Shown: positions 1-6,944 of the stretch, piece after piece | Layout of the letters: the number at the start of each line of letters is the position of its first letter | Position numbering within the stretch: position 1 is the stretch's first letter | DNA from: Candidatus Enterousia sp. | GTDB taxonomy: Bacteria; Pseudomonadota; Alphaproteobacteria; Rs-D84 | Direction of reading: 5' to 3' | Assembly: GCA_045614725.1 (NCBI GenBank) | Contig: JAZLDK010000023.1 | Span: forward strand, 1-34,812 | Length of the DNA stretch: 34,812 nucleotides | Program-made: the position numbers and the translations under genes | The notes under the pieces: generated by a model | The model's input: the letters and a program-made list of their open reading frames with translations, nothing else | Told to the model about the DNA's origin: nothing | Databases searched by the model: none

Positions 1-8
1 TATACGCG

Positions 9-141
9 GTTCGAAAGTGTATTCGAAGAGATAAAAAATGGAAATTTAACTTTCGAACTCGCCAAACCTTTATGTTTCAAACAAAAAATGCCCCAGTGGG
101 CATTTTAATAACTGTGGTTGTGCTGTCTGTGCAATTCGCGA
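9..141. repeat. Cassette junction repeat, copy A
   Basis: GTTCGAAAGT (9-18) and ACTTTCGAAC (49-58) form an inverted repeat, followed by a hairpin (85-106) and TGGTTGTGCTGTCTGTGCAATTCGCGA (115-141). Same layout at 711-845 and 1467-1588. Confidence 0.9.
85..106 (-). terminator. Intrinsic terminator-like hairpin in junction A
   Basis: AAAATGCCC-cagt-GGGCATTTT flanked by A/T tracts, downstream of the minus-strand NUDIX gene. Confidence 0.7.
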
Positions 142-196
142 GCCGATATAATCAAAATCGGACAAGAGATTTATGAAGCGAAAAACAAATTAAAGA

Positions 197-670
197 TTAT
201 TTAAAGTTTTTAATTATATCTTTAAATACAGGTTCTGTTCCTATATATTTTAAAGATTTTAATTTTGAAACATCAATCCATTGTGCGGGTTTAAGATATT
301 TCTTTTCATCTGCTGTCAAAAGAACTTTTGAAGGTGCTGCTATTGTAGTTTTGCAGATATAAAACAATTGAACACAATGATAATTTGTCCCCGTTTTAAA
401 ACTTTTGTACAAAGAAGTATATATACTTAAAATCTTTATTGGTTTCACACTAAGCCCTGTTTCTTCTTTTATTTCTCTTTTTAATGCATCGATATGGTCT
501 TCGCCCATTTCAATTGAACCACCCGGCAAAGCATATTTGTTATTAACAGGCAACAATAAAATTTTGTTTTTTTTAATAACTACCCCGTATACTGCGGGAT
601 TAAAAATTAACGATTTAGAATCCACTTTAAAAATTTTGCCGTTTACATCATGAACAGCTACTTTCGGCAT
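197..670 (-). CDS. NUDIX hydrolase
   Basis: Nudix box GGSIEMGEDHIDALKREIKEETGL; AAGGGG SD-like motif upstream. Confidence 0.92.
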   Translation of the reverse strand: MPKVAVHDVNGKIFKVDSKSLIFNPAVYGVVIKKNKILLLPVNNKYALPGGSIEMGEDHIDALKREIKEETGLSVKPIKILSIYTSLYKSFKTGTNYHCVQLFYICKTTIAAPSKVLLTADEKKYLKPAQWIDVSKLKSLKYIGTEPVFKDIIKNFK

Positions 671-695
671 TTTATAAACCCCTTTCTTTCACTTG

Positions 696-725
696 ATTAT
701 ATCACAACTAGTTCGAAAATGACAA
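696..725 (-). promoter_or_regulatory. Putative sigma70 promoter of the NUDIX gene
   Basis: Minus strand TTGTCA-N18-TATAAT with extended TG; overlaps the left arm of the junction B inverted repeat. Confidence 0.5.
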
Positions 726-845
726 TTTTTTGACATTTTTCAAAAACCGACTTTCAAACTCGGTGGAAACATTAGAAAACAAAATAAAACCCGCCTTTAT
801 CGGCGGGCTTGTCTATCTTGGTTGTGCTGTCTGTGCAATTCGCGA
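711..845. repeat. Cassette junction repeat, copy B
   Basis: GTTCGAAAAT (711-720), ACTTTCAAAC (750-759), hairpin CCCGCC-tttatc-GGCGGG (790-807), and a 27-bp block (819-845) identical to 115-141. Confidence 0.9.
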
Positions 846-1574
846 ACTAAATTGATTGAGATTAAGCAAGAAATAATAGATTTTAAACACAGATTTATGG
901 TATAATGTACAAACATGGAAAACAAAGTAAAAACTCTTTATCATGGTTCACAACATAAAATAACAGATGGCGTTATTCATGCCCGTGATGCATATTTACC
1001 AACAACAAACACGCCTATAACGGCTGTATTTGCAACGCCTGATTTTGCTCGTGCAAGAAATTATTCGTGTATGCGATTGATAGCAGACGGATGGAAATCC
1101 CCAAGAACAAGTGATATCTTGTATGTTCAAAAATTAAGCCAAGATATTTCTGGCAAAAAAGCATATATATACGAATTAGACTCTGACGGTTTTGAGTGCG
1201 ACATCGATGGGACTTATTATTCCTTGACGGACAAACCAATTAAAAGAGTTATTGAAATTGATGTTATGCAGGAAATAACAAGTGGAAACATAAAAGTATA
1301 CGTTCTAAAACCGGGTATAGATTGTCCACAAGACCGTAGCGATATATGGACAGAACTTGTTAATAACAAGGATAATTTTGAATTGTATAAGCCTGTTTCA
1401 AAAAATCTTGATATGTCGCTTTTATCACAAATGAAAGATTTAGGGATTAATAAATAATCTAAAAAAGTTCGAAAGTGGCATAAAATCGCCACTTTTTTAA
1501 TTCTAACTTTCGAACTCGATGAAAGCATTAGAAATCAAAAGAAAACTTGCTCCGATGGGCAAGTTTTGAAACTT
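819..1574. mobile_element. Putative single-gene integrative cassette 2 (756 bp, ART-like cargo)
   Basis: From TGGTTG at 819 to just before TGGTTG at 1575; one AT-rich gene with its own -10 box. Confidence 0.6.
915..1457 (+). CDS. Hypothetical protein, probable ADP-ribosyltransferase-like fold (Arr-like)
   Basis: LYHGS, AVFATPDFARA and YIYEL in the order seen in Arr/HYx ART families; TGnTATAAT at 898-906, 8 nt before the ATG. Confidence 0.6.
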   Translation: MENKVKTLYHGSQHKITDGVIHARDAYLPTTNTPITAVFATPDFARARNYSCMRLIADGWKSPRTSDILYVQKLSQDISGKKAYIYELDSDGFECDIDGTYYSLTDKPIKRVIEIDVMQEITSGNIKVYVLKPGIDCPQDRSDIWTELVNNKDNFELYKPVSKNLDMSLLSQMKDLGINK

Positions 1575-1588
1575 TGGTTGGGGCGCAC
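1467..1588. repeat. Cassette junction repeat, copy C, ending in a duplicated tRNA-Gln 3' end
   Basis: GTTCGAAAGT (1467-1476), ACTTTCGAAC (1506-1515), hairpin AAAACTTGCTC-cgat-GGGCAAGTTTT (1542-1567), then TTGGTTGGGGCGCAC (1574-1588), identical to 1748-1762. Confidence 0.9.
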
Positions 1589-1719
1589 TCAATTCCCTCG
1601 GCATATTATGCCTGCGGGGCATTCCTGACGATTTGATTGCACGTTGTTTATCAAATCTACTCATTGTCGAACCGGCAACTGGCGTTGCAGATTACGAACC
1701 GTGGCTCCGTTCAATATTA

Positions 1720-1742
1720 AAACGCACCACAAGGGTGCGTTT
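1720..1742 (-). terminator. Intrinsic terminator after tRNA-Gln
   Basis: AAACGCACC-acaag-GGTGCGTTT just 3' of the CCA end on the minus strand. Confidence 0.75.
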
Positions 1743-1748
1743 GAATAT

Positions 1749-1822
1749 TGGTTGGGGCGCACGGATTCGAACCATGATAAAGAGAACCAAAATCTCTTGT
1801 CCTACCATTAGACGACACCCCA
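1749..1822 (-). tRNA. tRNA-Gln(TTG)
   Basis: Reverse complement TGGGGTGTCGTCTAATGGTAGGACAAGAGATTTTGGTTCTCTTTATCATGGTTCGAATCCGTGCGCCCCAACCA: cloverleaf, anticodon arm AGAGA-TT TTG GT-TCTCT, GGTTCGAATCC T-arm, encoded CCA. Confidence 0.96.
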
Positions 1823-1834
1823 ATAGCGCCAATG

Positions 1835-1862
1835 ATTATAATCAAATTTATTACTATTTCAA
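1835..1862 (-). promoter_or_regulatory. Putative promoter of tRNA-Gln
   Basis: Minus strand TTGAAA-N16-TATAAT about 12 nt upstream of the tRNA. Confidence 0.55.
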
Positions 1863-1891
1863 TAAATATTTTAACACACCACTACAAAAAC

Positions 1892-1919
1892 TTGACAGAC
1901 GCACGCGTTGTACTACAAT
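1892..1919 (+). promoter_or_regulatory. Putative sigma70 promoter
   Basis: TTGACA-N16-TACAAT, 7 nt before the ATG at 1927. Confidence 0.55.
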
Positions 1920-1926
1920 CAGGATT

Positions 1927-2850
1927 ATGAATAAGAAACAAAATCTTGTATGGCAGGCGAACACAGACCGCATCGTAAACAAAGCGGTCGGTAAAATTCG
2001 TAAATACCAAGAAACGCACAATTCCGCGGAACAGTCCGCATTGCTTAAACAAATGTCGCCAGAGGTACAAATAATGGTACGATACTGGTCGCCCCAGGAC
2101 GCAATTGAAAAACTGCGCACAGCCGCCCAGAAAGATCAATTCAGACCGCGAGATTTGTCCATTGAAATGTTCGCAATGCGCGATGACTTGGAATATGTAG
2201 GCGGGGCGTTTTCAACCTATAATTATGAAATTTCAAAAATGTGGCGAAAAGACACCCCCGCAGATGAAATAAAGTTTGTTATTCGCGAAGAAATTCAAAA
2301 TAATTTGCGCCCCGTCGCGTATCAGTATGGGGAACAGATTGCGCGCCTGATGAACAAACATGAAAAACTGGCAGGGACGGCAACGAATTCTTTAAGGCAC
2401 AGAAATCCAAGCGCCATCGGAATATTTTTACAAACACTGGCCAACGATATGAAGTTCGAATTAGGACTGCACAATTACACATTAAAGATTCATGTGGTCG
2501 ATTCTTGGAACCATATACCAAGGCGCCTTTGGAATTCTGTTGACAACGATACTTTTGCGATTATTGATTTTGACAGCCGAAAAACATGGATACATATTAA
2601 TCGCAAAACCATCTTTGCAGACAGGGATAAAAAATATAAATTTAACGCGATTGTCGCAACCATGGCACATGAGTTTGGGCACTTTATCGATTGGTTCGCG
2701 CCAGACATGGGGGCACTGGGCGCACAAAAGGCCGTACTTGACTCTGGATTATATGACGAAAAGGATTATTATTCCAATGCGACCGAAGAAAGTTCAGCAA
2801 TGATTGAAAAAATCGTTTATCAAAAACTTAACGAATTACAGCGCCGATAA
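1927..2850 (+). CDS. Hypothetical protein with C-terminal zincin (HExxH) metallopeptidase-like domain
   Basis: Start set at ATG 1927 because the longer ORF overlaps tRNA-Gln. Motif AHEFGHFID plus downstream NATEESS. Confidence 0.75.
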   Translation: MNKKQNLVWQANTDRIVNKAVGKIRKYQETHNSAEQSALLKQMSPEVQIMVRYWSPQDAIEKLRTAAQKDQFRPRDLSIEMFAMRDDLEYVGGAFSTYNYEISKMWRKDTPADEIKFVIREEIQNNLRPVAYQYGEQIARLMNKHEKLAGTATNSLRHRNPSAIGIFLQTLANDMKFELGLHNYTLKIHVVDSWNHIPRRLWNSVDNDTFAIIDFDSRKTWIHINRKTIFADRDKKYKFNAIVATMAHEFGHFIDWFAPDMGALGAQKAVLDSGLYDEKDYYSNATEESSAMIEKIVYQKLNELQRR

Positions 2851-2858
2851 TTTTTATA

Positions 2859-2886
2859 GTGACAAAATATGATTTAATGATATAAT
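2859..2886 (+). promoter_or_regulatory. Putative promoter of tRNA-Glu
   Basis: GTGACA-N16-TATAAT with extended TG, 13 nt before the tRNA. Confidence 0.55.
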
Positions 2887-2899
2887 CCCTGACGAAAAT

Positions 2900-2974
2900 G
2901 GTCCCATCGTCTAGCGGTTAGGACATCGGATTCTCATTCCGGTAACACGGGTTCGATTCCCGTTGGGACTGCCA
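2900..2974 (+). tRNA. tRNA-Glu(CTC)
   Basis: GGTCCCATCGTCTAGCGGTTAGGACATCGGATTCTCATTCCGGTAACACGGGTTCGATTCCCGTTGGGACTGCCA; anticodon loop TT-CTC-AT; encoded CCA. Confidence 0.96.
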
Positions 2975-2980
2975 AATCTT

Positions 2981-3005
2981 AAAACACCGCACAAAGCGGT
3001 GTTTT
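2981..3005. terminator. Bidirectional intrinsic terminator
   Basis: AAAACACCGC-acaaa-GCGGTGTTTT between convergent tRNA-Glu and the LRR gene. Confidence 0.8.
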
Positions 3006-3062
3006 GTTGTTTTCTTTATATTCTGATGGTTCGTGCAGCGCGCGGCATATCACACCAAAACA

Positions 3063-4652
3063 TTAATGTTCAAAAAACGAACGGTCATTATTTTGAAATG
3101 CATGGCCACTGCTTTCTCCCCTGCGTTTCTGTATATCTTGGATTTTTTCTTCTAGGCGTTTCTGTGCCTCTTGAAAACTTTCTTCCAGGCGAGCATTTGC
3201 CTCTTGGGTGTGTTTTTTAAGTTTTTTATCAAACTGTTGCCATGCTATTGCCCGCGCGATATCAGTGTTGTAATATGCAAAATCGTCAAGAGTTCTCTCG
3301 TTTAATTCTGGCGCATAAAATTTTTTCAAGTTCGGCTGAGCACGGGAAAGATGTCCAAGATATGTGGCCTTTGGCACATTTATAGATTCCATAACCTGAT
3401 TACATTGCAGGGAATATTGCTCAATTCTTATTAATTCAGGCAAATCCAGTTCTGTCAACGCTTCATTACATGTCAAAAAATCTTTTTCTGTGCGTTGAAG
3501 TTTTGGGGCCCTAAATTGTGACAATATTTTATTGGCGCTTAAAAAATTTTCCCCTATTGTTTCAACGCTTGCCAAATGCATTGTCCGCAAAGAATCGTTG
3601 AAACGCAGGAAATTGTTACCAATCTTTTTGACATGTGGCAAACTTAATTCAATTATTTTGCCGTCCTTTATTGTCACCCTGTTTCCGTTCGGCGTGCTTA
3701 GGACCGTTGTTTTATCTGATTTGTTCGTAGTCCTTGTCACCGACTGGCCGTTAAATGCCGCCTTGAATATATTGACCGTATCATCGTCAATTGGCGACGA
3801 TATTTCTTTTGTCCTGGTATCATAAATCATGTAATCCATCATTATCTGACAGTTGCTGTCTAATTTAGTAATTGTACTGCCAGAAAAATAATAATCCGAA
3901 CCGAAATGAACGTTATCTATTTCATAGCGGTATTGTACAATTTGATCATGAATCATTAGGTACTTGTTCGGCAAGGGAGTGTTAGAAACATTGAAATCAA
4001 CACCAAAATATACCTGTAATGCCATTGTCAGACCAGGGATAATGTTATCTGGGTTATTATCAAAAGTCGCATCTGGATTTTGATCCTTTATTGTGTGATT
4101 ATAGCGATTTTTGATTGATATAAAACCACCGTCTTTGATTATTTGAATCGATATAACCGAAGTTCCGTATTCATCTTCGCGTCTTGGCGTGTCCGAAGGA
4201 CGTATTTTATCGGCACCGCGTTTTACAGCATGAATCATGTGATAGTTTATATGACGCCTTGGGTCCCTAAAAGTGCATATTTCTTCACCCGGACGATAAT
4301 ATTTTATTATAGAATTTTTTTGTTCTTCGGTCTTTACAACAAAAGCATCATAACCGGCCTCGGACAACAATTCCAGTGGGGATTTCGTCGTGAAATATTG
4401 ATTCTCTTCGTGCCGGGTGTATATTTCCTGAATAACCCTGCGTATTTTCAACGCATCATATTCATCACGACCAGCGTATTCCAATATATGCACTATATTA
4501 GGGACACCAAGCAAACTGCCGTCGTGGGTCCTGTCGCCCCTAATAACCTGGGCAAACTTTTCGCCATTTTGTTTTTTTATCTGCTTAAAGACTTTTTCCG
4601 TATCTATTTTTTCCGCCAATTCAGTCCCCTTTCTTGCCAAGAATTTTAACAT
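3063..4652 (-). CDS. Leucine-rich-repeat (BspA/TpLRR-like) protein with uncharacterised N-terminal domain
   Basis: C-terminal ~22-aa repeats (LPHVKKIGNNFL, LASVETIGENFL, LPELIRIEQYSL); N-terminal EDEYGTSVISIQ...SIKNRYNH...NPDATFDNNPDNIIPGL block; charged coiled-coil tail. Confidence 0.8.
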   Translation of the reverse strand: MLKFLARKGTELAEKIDTEKVFKQIKKQNGEKFAQVIRGDRTHDGSLLGVPNIVHILEYAGRDEYDALKIRRVIQEIYTRHEENQYFTTKSPLELLSEAGYDAFVVKTEEQKNSIIKYYRPGEEICTFRDPRRHINYHMIHAVKRGADKIRPSDTPRREDEYGTSVISIQIIKDGGFISIKNRYNHTIKDQNPDATFDNNPDNIIPGLTMALQVYFGVDFNVSNTPLPNKYLMIHDQIVQYRYEIDNVHFGSDYYFSGSTITKLDSNCQIMMDYMIYDTRTKEISSPIDDDTVNIFKAAFNGQSVTRTTNKSDKTTVLSTPNGNRVTIKDGKIIELSLPHVKKIGNNFLRFNDSLRTMHLASVETIGENFLSANKILSQFRAPKLQRTEKDFLTCNEALTELDLPELIRIEQYSLQCNQVMESINVPKATYLGHLSRAQPNLKKFYAPELNERTLDDFAYYNTDIARAIAWQQFDKKLKKHTQEANARLEESFQEAQKRLEEKIQDIQKRRGESSGHAFQNNDRSFFEH

Positions 4653-4684
4653 AAAAAATAATACGCTTCAATATATCATGACAA

Positions 4685-4709
4685 AAAACACCGCAAAACG
4701 CGGTGTTTT
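4685..4709 (-). terminator. Intrinsic terminator of the valS operon
   Basis: AAAACACCGC-aaaac-GCGGTGTTTT 17 nt past the stop at 4727; same stem as 2981-3005. Confidence 0.8.
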
Positions 4710-4726
4710 TGTATCTTAAAAATGCA

Positions 4727-5467
4727 TTATTTATTTCCGTAATATAATTTAGAATATTCTGCCAAGGTGGCGACCATTAATCCACGAATACCATGCTTGT
4801 CCCAAAAGTGTGCAGTTAATGACAGGCCGTCTTGGAAATTACAGAATTCGGCCTTTTCATTATCAATAAAGCCAACTATGTTCAATTCGTCGTCCATAAT
4901 AAAATTATTCCCCAAATCATTATGGAACCAGCCGTATAAATATCCGGGCACTGCATCAGGCATGGGTTTAAGGTCGCGAATTTCCGCCGGATCGGCACGA
5001 CCAACACAATACATAAAATTCGCCAATTGTTTTGCCAGTTTGTCCGTGTTTTGGTTTATGTATTTTGGATCAAATTCGCTGATTAATTTTCCGTGGATAA
5101 ATTCGTACCTGCGCACGATGGTACCGCGCCATTCAAAGACCTCCATTTCAGGCAAATGTATCGGCGAGACAGTGCGCAACGCATCGGTTATTCTTTTTTC
5201 GCGCGGGCCACGACTGGGGCGATTGACCAACGAAAACTTAAATACATGTTCGTTATTTAATAATACGACCAAGTTGTGACAACCGACCCCGAATTCAAGC
5301 GACAATTTTTTTACCCCACCGCAATTCTTATTTGCCCAGTCGCGAACAAATTCAACATAGTCATGAACAATTTTTGGATTGTTTAACACAACACGCGTTT
5401 GACTGCGCGCCTTGTGCCCAGGAATAAGTCCACAAACAATATTTATCAATATGCGTTTTAATCCCAT
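4727..5467 (-). CDS. Aminoglycoside phosphotransferase/choline kinase-like protein
   Basis: VFKF, REKRI, Brenner-type FHNDLGNNFI and FIDNE motifs; paralogue of 5467-6198. Confidence 0.75.
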   Translation of the reverse strand: MGLKRILINIVCGLIPGHKARSQTRVVLNNPKIVHDYVEFVRDWANKNCGGVKKLSLEFGVGCHNLVVLLNNEHVFKFSLVNRPSRGPREKRITDALRTVSPIHLPEMEVFEWRGTIVRRYEFIHGKLISEFDPKYINQNTDKLAKQLANFMYCVGRADPAEIRDLKPMPDAVPGYLYGWFHNDLGNNFIMDDELNIVGFIDNEKAEFCNFQDGLSLTAHFWDKHGIRGLMVATLAEYSKLYYGNK

Positions 5468-6198
5468 TATTTATCACCGTTGTTATATAACCTGTCGTAT
5501 TCTTGTTTTAGTGCGGTCATAAACTCTCGCATTGGGGTGCGTTTGTCACCACTAAACAAATCCGAAAAATCACCAAAGGCGCAGTCTTCCCAATCTATGA
5601 ATGCAACTATTTCCATGGTTTCGGGATTGATTAAAAAATTATCCGCAATGTCACCCTGGCACCAGCCGTACAAATAACCAGGCATCGCATCGGGCGTGGG
5701 TTTAAGGTCGCGAATTTCCGCCGGATCGGCACATGCAATTTCGTATAACATGCGCGCAACAGGTTTCACAAAAACATCCATATTTTTTAACACGAAATCA
5801 ACGGACAGTTTTCGCAACTGGGCACCTTGGATAAAATCGTATTGGCGAACCAATTTATCGCCATACTTCAAAACCGTCACAGGTGGTATATATATTGGTG
5901 ACAATGGTGCCAGCGCATCAACAATACGCTTTTCACGGATGGCCAATTCGTTCGAATCCACACGACGAAGGGGAAACTTGAATATATATTTATCATTAAC
6001 ACTGATAAGTAAATTGCGTGCACGATAACCAATAAAGGTTTTTATCTTTCTTAGGCGCAGGCCAGTATGCTTTTGAATAAAACGGATATAACCCAACATG
6101 TCCGAATTCAAAACGACACGCATTTTTTTGCGTGCATCTTTGTTGTAAACAAGACCGCAAATCACATTTGTAAAAAACTTACGCAGCGCACCCGCCAT
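5467..6198 (-). CDS. Aminoglycoside phosphotransferase/choline kinase-like protein
   Basis: YIFKFP, REKRI, QGDIADNFLI and FIDWED motifs; TAATG overlap with the downstream paralogue. Confidence 0.78.
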   Translation of the reverse strand: MAGALRKFFTNVICGLVYNKDARKKMRVVLNSDMLGYIRFIQKHTGLRLRKIKTFIGYRARNLLISVNDKYIFKFPLRRVDSNELAIREKRIVDALAPLSPIYIPPVTVLKYGDKLVRQYDFIQGAQLRKLSVDFVLKNMDVFVKPVARMLYEIACADPAEIRDLKPTPDAMPGYLYGWCQGDIADNFLINPETMEIVAFIDWEDCAFGDFSDLFSGDKRTPMREFMTALKQEYDRLYNNGDK

Positions 6199-6201
6199 AT
6201 C

Positions 6202-6930
6202 TTATATCTCTTGCCATTGACAGATTACAACCGCATGTTCTGTATCGCCGGTACGGATTTTATGGCGCGTGGTCAGACCATCAATCGCCACATCGATACA
6301 GATTTCCGGTGTATCTGGACTGATTTCTTTCTTGAAATTAATGTTAATTTTACGCAACTTGTGCCCCGTGCGATATGCATAGCCAACACTTTCGGTTGCC
6401 CATACCGCATAGACCGCATTGTTTATATGCTGGTTCACATCAATGTCATCAAAGCGACATTTCATTACATGGGTTTTGTTGGTTTCAAAATCTGGGAACT
6501 TGTCAAAGGCGCACCCATATGCGCGGGTTGGCACCACAACATCAGGCGACAAATGATTTGCCAACGGCACTGGACGACGGCGTGACATGTCGATTAATAT
6601 CCACTGGGAAGTGGCACGAACCATCAAACGACCATCCGCACCATGAACTTCAAAATCACGGGTGGCACGCAGGGCATCCTGACATGATGGCCAGGTACTG
6701 AAAGTCAATTCTTCGCCTTCGCGTGGTAATTCCAATATATCGACCAGATAATACATCACAACCCAGCCAACATTATTTTCAAGGCAATATGTGCGCCCAC
6801 ACCCAAGGTGTTCAGCATGACGGTCCGCAATCGATTGCAATTCGTTCATTAAAATCAATGGACGAACATTACCAAACCTGTCGCACTGATAGGCCTGTAA
6901 TATTCTTTTTTCAATCAATTTATCCGCCAT
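6202..6930 (-). CDS. Acyl-ACP thioesterase (FatA/B-like double hotdog fold)
   Basis: YQCDRFG, ATSQWILID, and catalytic DIDVNQHINNAVY. Confidence 0.9.
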   Translation of the reverse strand: MADKLIEKRILQAYQCDRFGNVRPLILMNELQSIADRHAEHLGCGRTYCLENNVGWVVMYYLVDILELPREGEELTFSTWPSCQDALRATRDFEVHGADGRLMVRATSQWILIDMSRRRPVPLANHLSPDVVVPTRAYGCAFDKFPDFETNKTHVMKCRFDDIDVNQHINNAVYAVWATESVGYAYRTGHKLRKININFKKEISPDTPEICIDVAIDGLTTRHKIRTGDTEHAVVICQWQEI

Positions 6931-6944
6931 GCCTGCCCCCCCGT

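Larger units (their letters stand above)
115..818. mobile_element. Putative single-gene integrative cassette 1 (704 bp, NUDIX cargo)
   Basis: Runs from one TGGTTG core to the next, bounded by identical 27-bp direct repeats (115-141 and 819-845). Strongly AT-rich compared with the core genes. Confidence 0.6.

Noticed and set aside
9-58. Classical integron attC site
   Set aside because: Lacks the RYYYAAC...GTTRRRY arrangement (here the GTT arm comes first), there is no intI in the window, and the cargo genes lie in both orientations.
115-845. 27-bp direct repeats as a CRISPR array
   Set aside because: Only two exact copies, 704 bp apart with a whole gene between them, and no cas genes.
1633-1926. 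N-terminal extension of the 405-aa ORF
   Set aside because: It overlaps tRNA-Gln and its promoter. A promoter and ATG at 1927 give a better start.
2963-3220. 85-aa ORF after tRNA-Glu
   Set aside because: Starts inside the tRNA, crosses a terminator and overlaps the LRR gene antisense.
4727-6198. Aminoglycoside resistance genes
   Set aside because: Only the kinase fold motifs are shared. The housekeeping operon context and core-like composition argue against acquired resistance.
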